Positions 34,652 to 46,778 of a stretch of DNA of 64,000 nt are shown here, piece by piece. The notes below the pieces were generated by a model that made no database searches, was not told the origin of the DNA, and saw only the letters and a program-made list of their open reading frames with translations. The position numbers and the translations under genes are program-made. Where the stretch lies: positions 61,411 to 125,410 of the forward strand of contig CBDFKD010000001.1 of NCBI GenBank assembly GCA_965248695.1, given 5' to 3'. This stretch comes from Acidobacteriota bacterium (GTDB taxonomy: Bacteria > Acidobacteriota > UBA890 > WLXD01). The number at the start of each line of letters is the position of its first letter. Position 1 is the first letter of the stretch.

Positions 34652-35598
34652 CTGCGGATCTCCGGTTGGAGCTCGACACCGGCGTGGCTCTTGACGCGCG
34701 CCACGATCAGATCAATGAGCTCTTCGATGTCGAGCGCCCGAGCCTCGCCGAGATTGACGATGAAGTTGGCGTGCCGATCGGAGACGATCGCGGCTCCGAC
34801 CCGCAGCGCCTTGCATCCGGCAGCGTCGATCAGCTTTCCGGCGCCCTCGCCGGTCGGTGGGTTACGGAAGATGCAGCCCGAATTGCGGGCGCCGACCGGC
34901 TGCCGGTCGCGCTTGAGCTCTTGCAGCTCCTCGTAACGTTGCGTGAGCCGGGCGGGGTCAGCCGGCTCGACGCGGAGGCCCACGGCAAGAATCGTCCAGG
35001 GAGCTGAAACGCTCTGCAGCACCAGGCTCCGGTAGTCCCATCTCAGGTCGTCCGGCCCGACGCGATGCACCGCGCCGCACGAGTCCATCACATCGATGTC
35101 GACCGTCGCTTGTTGCATGTCGCCGCCCCAGCAGCCGGCGTTTCCGGCCGCCGCACCGCCGATGGTGCCGGGTAGCCCCGTCGACCACACCAGCCCGTCG
35201 AGACCCAGAGAGATGCTGTGGCGTACGGCGCGAGCCGTGGGCACGCTTGCCGAAATCCGCAGGACGCCGCCGTCAAGACACACAGCGTCCTCGAGGCTGG
35301 TCATGTTGAGCACCGGAGTGTCGATACCGTTGTCGGCGACCAAGAGGTTGGTGCCACCACCGAGCACTCGCCAGGGGAGGCCGCGCGAGCCCATCCAGCC
35401 GGCGATCGCGCCAACCTCGTCGGAGCGCTGCGGCCAAAGCATGACCGGGCACGGGCCACCGACCCCCATGGATGTGTGTCGCGAAAGCGGCTCGTCGAGC
35501 CCACACTGCCAACCGCCGACTCGCGCCGCGCTCTCGATAGCGCGAATCGCCGAGTTCGTCCAGGGGGCGTGCTCGGCAGTGCGGTGGGTCGCCAACAT
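34645..35598 (-). CDS. murB: UDP-N-acetylenolpyruvoylglucosamine reductase MurB
   Basis: FAD-binding region LSRHTSMGVGGP...LGGGTNLLV and C-terminal GCIFRNP...AGKLID. Overlaps ftsQ by 7 nt. Confidence 0.9.
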   Translation of the reverse strand: MLATHRTAEHAPWTNSAIRAIESAARVGGWQCGLDEPLSRHTSMGVGGPCPVMLWPQRSDEVGAIAGWMGSRGLPWRVLGGGTNLLVADNGIDTPVLNMTSLEDAVCLDGGVLRISASVPTARAVRHSISLGLDGLVWSTGLPGTIGGAAAGNAGCWGGDMQQATVDIDVMDSCGAVHRVGPDDLRWDYRSLVLQSVSAPWTILAVGLRVEPADPARLTQRYEELQELKRDRQPVGARNSGCIFRNPPTGEGAGKLIDAAGCKALRVGAAIVSDRHANFIVNLGEARALDIEELIDLIVARVKSHAGVELQPEIRRW

Positions 35599-35600
35599 CT

Positions 35601-37030
<1,430 letters not shown>

Positions 37031-37037
<7 letters not shown>

Positions 37038-38263
37038 GGCTGGGAACCTCGGTTTCGGCGGGTCTCGATCGAGAATTGCAAGGAACCGCCGGGCGGCTCG
37101 TCCGGTTCGGCGATCGGTATCGGTCCCGCAGGACTCGGCGGTAACGAGGCGTCGACGAGCGACAGGGCGAGGTCGGCAACCACGGCAGCGGCCGCGTCGC
37201 GCCCGCAGGCCGCCGCCGCTGCCGCCATCTCGGCGCGCCGCTGCACATCACCCGCCAGTTCCAGGATCACCTCGGCGAGCGGATACCCATTGGCTGATTC
37301 CTCGACAATGATGGTCGCGCCGGCCCGCTGAAGGGCATTGGCGTTGGAGTGCTGATGGCGCCCGGCGGCGCTCGGGAAGGGGATCAGGATCGACGGCAGG
37401 CCGCAGTACGTCAGCTCGGCAATGGTGGTCGCGCCGGCGCGTCCACAAACGAGATCGGCCTGGGCGTAGGCTTCACCGATGTTCTGTATGAAGGGTGTCA
37501 CGGTGGCTGGAATGCCGTGTGCCGCATACGCATCGCGCAAGGAATCGAGGTCTGTCTTACCAGCCTGGTGCGTGATCCGCAGCCCCACGTGAGCCGCAGC
37601 GAGGAACGGGATCGCGAGCTCGGCCATGGTGTTCAGCCCGCGCGCACCTTGACTGCCACCGAGCATGAGCAGGTGAATGCCGTTCCTAGGGGCGGCCGTT
37701 GCCTGGCCGTCGCGGCGCGGCGCCGAGGGGAGCGTGGCGCGCACCGGGTTGCCGGTGATCACGGCCTTGCCGCCCAGACGTGTCGCGGTTTCTTCAAACG
37801 AGACCGCGATCGCACGCGCAAAGGGACGCAACCATCGGGTTGTAAGTCCGGGGTCGGCGTTCTGTTCGAGCACCAGCAACGGGATGCCCGCCAGCCACGC
37901 TGCCAGGCCCGTGGGGCCACAGACGTACCCGCCGGTGGCGATTACCAGATGCGGTCGGAATCCGGCCAAGTGTCGCCGGGCGTCGCCGATCGCGGCCGGC
38001 AGCGCGGCCAGGGCACGTAGCCGGCCGATGATACCGGTGCCCACCATGCCGAGAGCCCGCACTTCGACAGCGGGGTACGGGACCAGGCCGCGGAGCTCAC
38101 GTTCGCTGGTCCGCTGGGAGCCGATCACCAGAAACTCGCATTGGGCGCGTTTCGCGAGTGCTTCGGCGGTCGCCAGTGCGGGCATCAGATGCCCCCCGGT
38201 GCCGCCGGCGGCAAGCGCCACCCTGAGGGGCTCGCGAGGCGAATCCGTCGTCGATGAGCTCAT
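37031..38263 (-). CDS. murG: Lipid II glycosyltransferase MurG
   Basis: AAGGTGGHLMPALA motif. Start trimmed to ATG 38263, which overlaps the ftsW stop (ATGA). Confidence 0.9.
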
Positions 38264-39357
38264 GTGTGCGCGTGCTGGGACAGGTTCAGAAGGACGCCGA
38301 TCGCAGCACAGCAGATCACCATCGAGGAACCGCCGTAGCTGATCAGGGGCAGTGGTATGCCCGTTGTCGGCAATAGGTTTACCACGATGCTCATGTTCAC
38401 CAAGGCCTGCAGCACGAGGTAGCACGTCAGGCCGGTGCCGAGGTAGAACCCGAACTTATCCGGTGCACGAAGCGCGGCGCGCAGACCACGCCAGAGCACG
38501 ACCATGAAGGCGAGCACGACGGCGGATGCCCCCAGTAGGCCGAACTCCTCGGCGACGACCGCATAGATGAAATCGGTATACGGATCCGGGAGAAAGCCGG
38601 ACTTCTGGTGGCCGGCCGCGAACCCGACTCCGCTCAATCCTCCCGATCCCACCGCCATGAGGGACTGGAGCGTCTGGTAGCCGGCGTCCTGGGCGTCGGC
38701 CCAGGGGTCGAGCCAGGCCACGATGCGGCGCGACTGATAGCCGGACCGCAGGATCTGGACCGAGGCCGCGAGGGCCACGACCACCCCGACGTTGGCAACG
38801 TACTTCCAGGACAGCCCTGCCACCCAGAACATCGTCGCCGCGATGCCGACCACCATACACGCGGTACCGAGATCCGGCTCGATGGCGATCAAGAATGCGA
38901 TCGCCACCACCACCGTGAGCGGCGGAGTCAGCCCGCGCCAGGGTTCGTTGATCGTCTCGTCCTTACGCGACAGATAGGAGGCGAGGAACAAGATCACCGC
39001 CAGTTTGGCTACCTCTGACGGCTGAGCGTTCAAGGGCCCCAGCGGGATCCATCGGTGCGAGCCGCGAGACTCAGGCATCAGCAGGACAACGACCAGCGCG
39101 ACCAGAGTGGCAGCAACAAAGCCGCCGACCACCAGCCGGTTGCGGTAGAGCCGATAGTCGGTGAGCAAACCGACGACCAGCAGAGCGAGTCCGACGACGA
39201 CGCCGATCGCCTGTCGGGCCACGAAGTACAGGTCGTGCCCGAAGGCGCGCTGGGAGATCGGGAAGGAGGCCGAGTACACCATCACCAGGCCCAGCCCGAT
39301 CATCGCGATCACGGCGCAGAACAACGTCTTGTCGACCGCCAGCCAGCGGCTCGCCAT
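38260..39357 (-). CDS. ftsW: Peptidoglycan glycosyltransferase FtsW (SEDS family)
   Basis: 10-TM SEDS protein with motifs QPSEVAKL and PDPYTDFIYAVVAEEFG. Confidence 0.9.
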   Translation of the reverse strand: MASRWLAVDKTLFCAVIAMIGLGLVMVYSASFPISQRAFGHDLYFVARQAIGVVVGLALLVVGLLTDYRLYRNRLVVGGFVAATLVALVVVLLMPESRGSHRWIPLGPLNAQPSEVAKLAVILFLASYLSRKDETINEPWRGLTPPLTVVVAIAFLIAIEPDLGTACMVVGIAATMFWVAGLSWKYVANVGVVVALAASVQILRSGYQSRRIVAWLDPWADAQDAGYQTLQSLMAVGSGGLSGVGFAAGHQKSGFLPDPYTDFIYAVVAEEFGLLGASAVVLAFMVVLWRGLRAALRAPDKFGFYLGTGLTCYLVLQALVNMSIVVNLLPTTGIPLPLISYGGSSMVICCAAIGVLLNLSQHAHT

Positions 39358-39387
39358 CGGTGTCTCTCCCAGATTACTCCTGACCGC

Positions 39388-40749
39388 TCAGCGTGCAGCG
39401 ATCAGGGTTTTGAAGTGACGTCCTCGGTGTTCGAAACTGTCGTACTGATCGAAGCTCGTGCAGGCCGGCGCCAGCAACAGCACGTCTCCCGCGGTGGCGC
39501 GATCGAGACCGATGTCCACGGCACGCTCGATGTCGGTGCACTCGATCATCGGCGCCGCGTGGCTCAACGCCTGCGCGATACGCTCGGTGGCCTCGCCCAC
39601 CAGCAGGACGCTGCGGACGCCGCCCAGCGCCGAGCGCAGGCGCTCGAAGTCGGAGTCCTTGTCGCGGCCGCCGAGAATGAGCCACACGGGTGCCTCGAGA
39701 CCGCGGAGGGCTGCCAGCGTTGCGTCGACATTGGTCGCCTTGGAGTCGTTGATGCAGTCAACCCCGTTCACAGTGCCGCATGGCTCCATACGATGTTCGA
39801 GACCCTCGAATCGGCGCAGAGCTTCTGCGGCGCGCTCAGGAGTCGCGCCCGCGAGGCAGGACAGTGCCACGGCCGCGGCGGCATTCAGATAATTGTGGCT
39901 GCCGACGACCGTGAGCTCGTCGGTGTCGACGACCGTGTGAACCACGGCGGCTGGATCGCGCCAGCAGATTCGTCCGTCCACCATCCACGACGCGGTTTCG
40001 GTGGCGACCGGCGTTTCGCTGAAGGGTACGGCACGCGGCCCGGCTGGCAGATGCCGTCCGAGCCAGGGATCGGCGGCACCGTAGACGAGCCAGTCGTCGC
40101 CGGTGCAATTCGTCACCAGTCGCAGCTTCGCCCGGGCATAGGACTCGAAGTCGCCATGACGGTCCAGGTGATCGGCGCTGACGTTGAGGAGAGCCGCCCA
40201 GCGCGGCCGGAAATCGACGATCGTCTCGGTTTGGAACGACGACAGCTCCAGCACATAGCGCTCGACGTGCCGCTCACCCTGTAGGACCCGGCGGACGACG
40301 CGTGAGAACGGAACGCCGATATTTCCACACACTGCGGTAGACAGCCCGCTCTCGGCCAAGATGGCCCCCACCATGCTGGTGACCGTGCTCTTGCCGTTGG
40401 AGCCACTGATGGCGACTGCCGGAGCGTCGGCGTAGGCGGATGCGAGCTCGATCTCACTGAGCGGCGTGAGGCCGGCCTCACGGGCAGCGCGCAGCGGCGG
40501 CGCATCGGGATGGATCCCAGGAGAGGCCACCACCGCGTCAACGCCGTGCCACAGCGTCTCGGGATGGCTGCCGAATGCCAGCTCGACGCCGCGCTCCCGG
40601 AGTGTGCTGGCATCGGCGAGCTGGGACATCGGGCGCAGATCGGTGAGCGCGACTTTGGCGCCTAGGAAGACGAGCAGCTCGGTCGCCGCCACACCGCTGC
40701 GTCCGGCGCCGACGACGGTCACGCGCTTGCCCGCCCACGAGCCGTTCAT
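39388..40749 (-). CDS. murD: UDP-N-acetylmuramoylalanine--D-glutamate ligase MurD
   Basis: MNGSWAGKRVTVVGAGRSGVA and P-loop ISGSNGKSTVTSM. Start trimmed to ATG 40749, overlapping the mraY stop (ATGA). The 725-aa ORF-track entry reads through mraY out of frame. Confidence 0.9.
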   Translation of the reverse strand: MNGSWAGKRVTVVGAGRSGVAATELLVFLGAKVALTDLRPMSQLADASTLRERGVELAFGSHPETLWHGVDAVVASPGIHPDAPPLRAAREAGLTPLSEIELASAYADAPAVAISGSNGKSTVTSMVGAILAESGLSTAVCGNIGVPFSRVVRRVLQGERHVERYVLELSSFQTETIVDFRPRWAALLNVSADHLDRHGDFESYARAKLRLVTNCTGDDWLVYGAADPWLGRHLPAGPRAVPFSETPVATETASWMVDGRICWRDPAAVVHTVVDTDELTVVGSHNYLNAAAAVALSCLAGATPERAAEALRRFEGLEHRMEPCGTVNGVDCINDSKATNVDATLAALRGLEAPVWLILGGRDKDSDFERLRSALGGVRSVLLVGEATERIAQALSHAAPMIECTDIERAVDIGLDRATAGDVLLLAPACTSFDQYDSFEHRGRHFKTLIAAR

Positions 40750-41831
40750 CGTAACTTCAACGTCGCCAATGACATGAGCGCGAAGAGCACGGCAAGGATC
40801 CAGAAGCGGACAACAACCTGCGGCTCTGACCATCCGGCGAGCTCGAAGTGATGATGGAGCGGCGCCATGCGGAAAACGCGCCGGCCGGTCAAACGGAAGG
40901 ACGTGACCTGGATCATCACCGACAGTGTCTCGAGGACGAACACGCCACCGACCAGCACGAGTACCAGCTCCTGCTTGATCAGCAGGGCGATCAGACCGAC
41001 GGCGCCGCCGAGGGCGAGTGAGCCCGTGTCGCCCATGAAGACCTGCGCCGGGTGGCAGTTGTACCAGAGGAAGCCGAGGCAGGCTCCAACGATCGCGGCT
41101 GCGAAGATCGTGACTTCGGCGATATCGCGCACGAAGATAATGTCGAGGTACTCGGCGATGATTGCGTGTCCGGCAACGTACGCGATCGCGGTGTACGCAA
41201 CCGCCGCCACCATCACACAGCCGGTGGCCAGACCGTCGAGCCCGTCCGTGAGATTCACGGCGTTGCTGGAAGCCAGCAGCACCAACACTGTGAACGGTAC
41301 GTAGAGCGCTCCCAGGTGCGGGCTTACCTCTTTGAAGAACGGCACCGATAGCTGAGTGGTGAACAGCCCCTGTTGCGCCAACGCCCATAGGGCCAGGCCC
41401 AGCGCCCCGGAGAGCGCCACCATCATCGCTACCTTGGATCGCGCCGATAGGCCACGCCGACGCGCGTGCACCGAGCCGAGATAGTCGTCCACGAAACCGA
41501 TGGCGGCGAATCCGATGGTTCCCACCAGGGCGATCCAGACGAAGGCGTGGCGCAGGTCCGCCCACAGCAGGGTGGAGACGGTGATGGCGCTGACGATGAG
41601 CGTCCCACCCATCGTCGGGGTGCCCTGCTTGGTGGCGTGCGTAGCGGGTCCTTCCGTTCGGATCTGTTGCCCGACCTGGGCGGCGAGTAGACGTCGGATC
41701 ATCCAGGGTCCGAGCGCCAGCGTTGCCAGCAGGGCCGACGCGGCCGTGAGCGCTGCCCGGAACGTCAGGTAGCGGAAAACGTTGAAGGGGCCCCAGTAGT
41801 CGGCTAGCGGAACCAGCAGCTCATACAGCAT
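40746..41831 (-). CDS. mraY: Phospho-N-acetylmuramoyl-pentapeptide transferase MraY
   Basis: MLYELLVPLADYW...FNVFRYLTFRA, KQGTPTMGG, NLTDGLDGLA and PLHHHFE motifs. Start trimmed to ATG 41831. Confidence 0.95.
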   Translation of the reverse strand: MLYELLVPLADYWGPFNVFRYLTFRAALTAASALLATLALGPWMIRRLLAAQVGQQIRTEGPATHATKQGTPTMGGTLIVSAITVSTLLWADLRHAFVWIALVGTIGFAAIGFVDDYLGSVHARRRGLSARSKVAMMVALSGALGLALWALAQQGLFTTQLSVPFFKEVSPHLGALYVPFTVLVLLASSNAVNLTDGLDGLATGCVMVAAVAYTAIAYVAGHAIIAEYLDIIFVRDIAEVTIFAAAIVGACLGFLWYNCHPAQVFMGDTGSLALGGAVGLIALLIKQELVLVLVGGVFVLETLSVMIQVTSFRLTGRRVFRMAPLHHHFELAGWSEPQVVVRFWILAVLFALMSLATLKLR

Positions 41832-41886
41832 CAGTTTCTTGCCTTGCAGTCGTGGACGCGCGGGCGACGACAGGTCATGGGTCGCA

Positions 41887-43314
41887 TCATTCGGGCGCTC
41901 CGGCCGCGTTATCCGAGGATCCCAGCAGGGTATGAACGATGCGCTCCATACGAATGCCACGCGATCCCTTGACCAGAACGGTGTCTCCGGGACGAACGAT
42001 GGAACCCATAGCATCGGCGGCTTCGTCGGAGGCGCTGAACGCGGTGATCGACTCCGCTGCCATACCGCCGGCGCGCGCACCGTGCCCGATGTCGCGGGCC
42101 AACGGACCGACGGTGACGAGCCGGTCAACTTCTAGATGGGCGGCGTGCAGACCAACCTCGCGGTGGGCATCCTCCGCCCAGCTACCGAGCTCGAGCATGT
42201 CGCCCAGCGCCACGATCTTGCGACCGGAACCAGCGGTCTCCGCCAGCGTCCCCAATGCGGTCAGCACCGCGGCCGGAGAGGCGTTGTAGGTGTCGTCGAT
42301 GACCACGACGCCAAGGTCGGTTCGGTGCACCTGGCCGCGCATTGCCGGTAGCGCCAGATCGCTGGCTCGAGCCGCGATCGTGGCCGCTTCGATGCCCAGA
42401 ACGGTTGCCACCGCTGCGGCGGCCAGGAAGTTGGATATCGAATGCGCCCCCGGCAGCGGCAGGTCCACCTCGGCGGTGTTGGATGGACCGCAACGAAGCT
42501 TGAATTTCCAGCCGCCGGCAGCTGCTACCACCGCGCGTACGGATACCTCGGCGTCGCCCATCCCGTAGCAGATTGTCGGCGCGCCGCGTTGCCGTCGGCG
42601 CGAGCCCATGGCAGCGGTGTGCACGTCGTCTGCGTTGACGATCAGCGTGCTGTCAGCGGCCAGTTCGTCAGCGAGCTCCTGCTTCGCCGCCGCCACGCCG
42701 GCGAGGTCGTCGAAGTTCTCCATGTGAACCGGCGCGACGTTGGTGATCACGCCGATGCCGGGCCGTGCAAGGCGGGTCAGGGCGGCGATCTCACCCACGG
42801 TGCTCATTCCCAGCTCGGCCACCATCCAGCGGTGCCCGGGGCGCAGACCGAGCAGCGAAAGCGGCAGGCCCCACTGGTTGTTGAAATTGCCCGGCGTCGC
42901 GTGGGTGGACTCGGTAGCCTGCAGCAAGGCGTGCGTCAATGCCTTGGTCGTCGTCTTGCCGACGCTGCCGGTGATTGCCACTACGGTGGGTGCGACGACG
43001 TCACGGACGTGCCCGGCGAGGCACTGCAATGCCTCGGTAGTGTCGTCGACGAGAACAATGCCGGCGTCGAGAGGGTTGACCAGATGATCCAGTACGTCGC
43101 GTCGGGAAATGATCACCGCCGCTGCACCGGACGCCAGCGCTTGCGGCAGATAGCGGTGTCCGTCATCCCGTGGGCCGATGATGGCGACGAACACGTCGTT
43201 CGGTCGTACTTCGCGCGAGTCAATAACGACTCGGGCCAGCTGACCGCCCGCGTTACCCGACTCGATGGGGCGGCCGAGAACCTCGGCGAGCTGGGCGACG
43301 CTCATGGGGATCAT
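41887..43314 (-). CDS. murF: UDP-N-acetylmuramoyl-tripeptide--D-alanyl-D-alanine ligase MurF
   Basis: P-loop TGSVGKTTTK. Start set at ATG 43314, overlapping the murE stop (ATGA). ATG 43305 is an alternative. Confidence 0.9.
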   Translation of the reverse strand: MIPMSVAQLAEVLGRPIESGNAGGQLARVVIDSREVRPNDVFVAIIGPRDDGHRYLPQALASGAAAVIISRRDVLDHLVNPLDAGIVLVDDTTEALQCLAGHVRDVVAPTVVAITGSVGKTTTKALTHALLQATESTHATPGNFNNQWGLPLSLLGLRPGHRWMVAELGMSTVGEIAALTRLARPGIGVITNVAPVHMENFDDLAGVAAAKQELADELAADSTLIVNADDVHTAAMGSRRRQRGAPTICYGMGDAEVSVRAVVAAAGGWKFKLRCGPSNTAEVDLPLPGAHSISNFLAAAAVATVLGIEAATIAARASDLALPAMRGQVHRTDLGVVVIDDTYNASPAAVLTALGTLAETAGSGRKIVALGDMLELGSWAEDAHREVGLHAAHLEVDRLVTVGPLARDIGHGARAGGMAAESITAFSASDEAADAMGSIVRPGDTVLVKGSRGIRMERIVHTLLGSSDNAAGAPE

Positions 43315-44900
43315 ATGGAGACCTGCCCACAGTGCTGGGTGAGCCACGCGGCCGCGATCGCGGCGTCGTCGAAAGCAGCGGCGCCGTCACGAGAGATCTG
43401 CAGCGTTTCGTGGCCCTTGCCGGCAAGCAGAACACAATCGCCGGGCGCGGCCATCTCGAGGGCCAGCCCGATGGCGGCGGCGCGGTCGGCTTCGACGTGG
43501 ACCTCGGCGTGAGGATCCGCGCCGATGCCATCGACGATCTGGCTGATGATGGCGTCGGGATCTTCGCTTCGCGGGTTGTCCGAAGTCACCACGGCGATGC
43601 TCGAGCCCGAAGCCGCGATCGCGCCCATCACCGGGCGCTTCGAGCGGTCGCGATCACCGCCGCAGCCGAAGACGAGGATGACCCGTCCCGCCGCGGTCAC
43701 GCCGCGCACCGCTTCGAGCGCTGCTTCGAGTGCTGCCGGAGTGTGCGCGAAATCGACCAGGACGCGAAACGGTTGGCCCTCCTCGACAGGTTGTAGGCGT
43801 CCGGGCTCACCGCGGAACTTCGAGACCCCCCGGCACACCTCGTCGAGCGACACACCGAGCTCCATCGCGGTTGCTGCGGCCGCGGCGATGTTCTCGGCGT
43901 TCGCGCGGCCAAACAGCGAGGTCTCGATGGATCTTTCGCCAACCGGCGTCCTCAGCTGGAGCGTGGAGTGCCCCGGAGTCGAGTCGAACCGGATGATAGC
44001 GTAGTCCGGGGACGTACCGGCGTCCGAGTCCCACCCGTAGGTCACCGATCGTCCGCTGGTTCGCTTGGTAAGGCGCAGTGCCGCCGGATCGCCGATGTTG
44101 AGAACCGCCGGTGCGCTCGACGGCAACGACTCGAAGAGCGTGGCCTTGGCGTCGAGGTAGTCGTCCATATCACGGTGAAAGTCCAGATGATCGGGCGACA
44201 GGTTGGTGAATGCGGCGGCAGCAAAGCGGGTTCCGGTGACTCGATCCAGCCGCAGGGCATGCGAGGAGACCTCGATAACAGCGGTTGAGCATCCGGCCTC
44301 GATCATGCTCGCCATCGCCGCCTGGAGCTCGGGCGCTTCCGGCGTCGTGCGTGGTGTCGGAGTCGAGTTGCCGGCGATGCGGACCTGAGTCGTGCTCCAA
44401 CGACCGGCGGGACCGCGGCAAGCGAAGATAGCCTCGAGTAGGGCGGTGACCGTGGTCTTGCCGTTGGTTCCGGTGACAGCCACCACCGTCAAGCTGTGGC
44501 TCGGGTCGTGGTGCCAGCGGCACGCCATAGTGGCGAGCGCGCCTCGCGCGGATGCGACTCGGGCCCAGGTAGCGGCGTCGGCGCTTCCCCCGACGTCAGG
44601 AGGTCGACATTCCGACACCACCGCAGCGGCTCCGCGTTGCAGCGCCTCGGGAACGAAGTCGGCGCCGTCGTGGACGAAGCCCGGGATGGCGACGAACACG
44701 TGGCCGGGAGCTACCTGCCGCGAGTCGTAGGCGATACCGGTTACCTCGATCGCCGGATCACCGGCGAAGGTTGCCTCGCAGCCTTCGAGAAGCTCATCGA
44801 GCCGCAGCTTGTGTCCCATTCCCTCGGTCGCGCTATCGGTGTGAGGGCGATCCGCCCCCAATTGCAATCGTCGCCTCGGCAACGACAAAAAGGCCGTCAC
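43311..44900 (-). CDS. murE: UDP-N-acetylmuramoyl-L-alanyl-D-glutamate--2,6-diaminopimelate ligase MurE
   Basis: P-loop TGTNGKTT and C-terminal DNPR motif (TSDNPRSEDP). Start is either GTG 44900 or ATG 44819. Confidence 0.9.
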   Translation of the reverse strand: MTAFLSLPRRRLQLGADRPHTDSATEGMGHKLRLDELLEGCEATFAGDPAIEVTGIAYDSRQVAPGHVFVAIPGFVHDGADFVPEALQRGAAAVVSECRPPDVGGSADAATWARVASARGALATMACRWHHDPSHSLTVVAVTGTNGKTTVTALLEAIFACRGPAGRWSTTQVRIAGNSTPTPRTTPEAPELQAAMASMIEAGCSTAVIEVSSHALRLDRVTGTRFAAAAFTNLSPDHLDFHRDMDDYLDAKATLFESLPSSAPAVLNIGDPAALRLTKRTSGRSVTYGWDSDAGTSPDYAIIRFDSTPGHSTLQLRTPVGERSIETSLFGRANAENIAAAAATAMELGVSLDEVCRGVSKFRGEPGRLQPVEEGQPFRVLVDFAHTPAALEAALEAVRGVTAAGRVILVFGCGGDRDRSKRPVMGAIAASGSSIAVVTSDNPRSEDPDAIISQIVDGIGADPHAEVHVEADRAAAIGLALEMAAPGDCVLLAGKGHETLQISRDGAAAFDDAAIAAAWLTQHCGQVSI

Positions 44901-44933
44901 GAAGGCGACCCGGCTTCAACCTCGAGACTGTCG

Positions 44934-46778
44934 TCAGGGGACCGGTGAGATCGGTACCGGTCTTCCGTTCGAGGCCTGGTCCGGGTCGTCGGTTACCCAC
45001 TCCTCTGGTACTGAAAGCAGTGCATCGGGCGCAATTCGAAGGATGCGTGTCGCCGCATCGGCTACTGCGCGGAAGACCGGCGCAGCTGCCTGCGAGCCAC
45101 CGTGCCCGTAGCCGCGCTGAGGCTCGTCGACAACGACCAGAATGACTAGTTGCGGGTCGGCGACGGGAAGAAATCCGACAAACCCGGCGATGCGCTTCGA
45201 GTAGCGCAGTACCGCGGGGTCGAATTTCTGCGCTGTCGAGGTCTTGCCTGCGATGCGATAGCCGGGAATCCCTGCAGGCTTTCCGGTACCGCCCGAAACC
45301 ACCCCTTCCATGATCAGTCCCACGCGTCGTGCGATCGATTGCTTTAGCACCCTGCGTCGCACCAGCGTTTGACCCGGTTTCATTGTACCGCGTGCGTGCT
45401 CGATCTCCGTCAGTGTGTTGCCGTCGCGGTCGCGAACTTGCTCGACGAGATAGGGCCTCAGGAGCAGCCCGCCGTTGGCGACGGCGGCAATCGCGGTAGT
45501 TAGCTGGATGGGGGTTGTCGCGAGCTCCTGTCCAAAGGCCATCGACGACTGCGACAGCTTCGACCAGGACGCCGGAGCGGCGACACGGCCGGGCTCCTCG
45601 CCAGGCAGATCAACGCCCGTCCGGGTACCGAAGCCGAAGTCGCGAATCCAGGAATAGAAGGTCTGCGGCGCCAGTCGCTGGCACACCTTGATAGTGCCGA
45701 CGTTGCTCGAATTTGCCAGCACGTCGCGGAACGGCATCACACCGAAGCCGAGTCTCCAGTCCTGGTAGGTGTGATTGGCGACACGATAGGTGCCGCCCTC
45801 GCAGTCGATCGGCTCGTTCTCATCGACAACGCCCTCGTGCAGCGCCGCTGCCGCGGTGATCACCTTGAAGATCGAACCCGGCTCGAAGGTGAATGCGACC
45901 CCGTTGTTGCGGGCATGGGCAAGGAACCCGGGATCGTTGTTGTCGTTGAGGTTCAGGGTGGGGAAGCTGGCCATGGCGCGAACGGCGCCGGTGCGGGGGT
46001 CCATCGCCACGATGCTGCCCCCGACGGCGTGCTTGTCGTGGATCGCGCGGCGCAGTGCTTCCTCCGCGGCGTATTGCAAGCCCCAGTCGACCGTGAGCAC
46101 CAGATCGTATCCGCGCGTCGGGTCCTCCATGAGCGCCCCGCGCGTGCCGATGACGTTGCGCCAGCCGTCACGGAGACTGTTGAACGCGCCGGGCCGACCA
46201 GCGATCAGGTCGTCGTAGTGGCGCTCGATCCCGAAGCGACCCGAGTTGTCGATATCGACCGCTCCGACGACGTGGGCGGCGAGTGAGCGATGTGGGTAAT
46301 AGCGCTTCGATTCGGGAAGCACACCGATCCCTGTCAGCCGCTTGCGGCGCACGAGGCGCAGGATCTCGGCCGTAGTTTCCGGACGTGCCTTGCGTCGCAG
46401 ATAGACGAACGGACGCTCGCGGGAGATCGTTTCCGCGACCGTCTCAATCGGTAGCCCGAGGGCAGGGGCCAAGAGCTGTGCCGTCGCCCGGACATCGGTG
46501 ATCTTTGGCGGCTGCGCGTAGACCGATCCCAGCTGGATGCTCGTGGCCAGGGTCTCGCCGCCGCGGGCGAAGATATCGCCACGCCGGCCGGCTAGCTCGA
46601 TGACCCTTGTTTGTTGACTCGCGGCACGCTCGACCAACGAGTCGTGCAGGTAGAGCTGCAGGTACGTCAGGCGGGCGAGCAGCACGACACCCCAGATTGA
46701 CGCGGTGGTCAGCAACAGAAGCGCGCGGCCGCGATGGATGTTGTGGGTGTGATTGCGTCCGAGGCTACGGATGACCAT
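44934..46778 (-). CDS. ftsI: Penicillin-binding protein 3 / FtsI (class B transpeptidase)
   Basis: N-terminal TM. SxxK (GSIFKV), SxN (SSN) and KTG-like (GKTS) motifs. Confidence 0.9.
   Translation of the reverse strand: MVIRSLGRNHTHNIHRGRALLLLTTASIWGVVLLARLTYLQLYLHDSLVERAASQQTRVIELAGRRGDIFARGGETLATSIQLGSVYAQPPKITDVRATAQLLAPALGLPIETVAETISRERPFVYLRRKARPETTAEILRLVRRKRLTGIGVLPESKRYYPHRSLAAHVVGAVDIDNSGRFGIERHYDDLIAGRPGAFNSLRDGWRNVIGTRGALMEDPTRGYDLVLTVDWGLQYAAEEALRRAIHDKHAVGGSIVAMDPRTGAVRAMASFPTLNLNDNNDPGFLAHARNNGVAFTFEPGSIFKVITAAAALHEGVVDENEPIDCEGGTYRVANHTYQDWRLGFGVMPFRDVLANSSNVGTIKVCQRLAPQTFYSWIRDFGFGTRTGVDLPGEEPGRVAAPASWSKLSQSSMAFGQELATTPIQLTTAIAAVANGGLLLRPYLVEQVRDRDGNTLTEIEHARGTMKPGQTLVRRRVLKQSIARRVGLIMEGVVSGGTGKPAGIPGYRIAGKTSTAQKFDPAVLRYSKRIAGFVGFLPVADPQLVILVVVDEPQRGYGHGGSQAAAPVFRAVADAATRILRIAPDALLSVPEEWVTDDPDQASNGRPVPISPVP

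Noticed and set aside
39388-41565. 725-aa ORF as a single large protein.
   Set aside because: Only the C-terminal 453 aa match MurD. The N-terminal part is an out-of-frame overlap of mraY with a low-complexity Arg/Gly-rich translation, and an ATG at 40749 overlaps the mraY stop.
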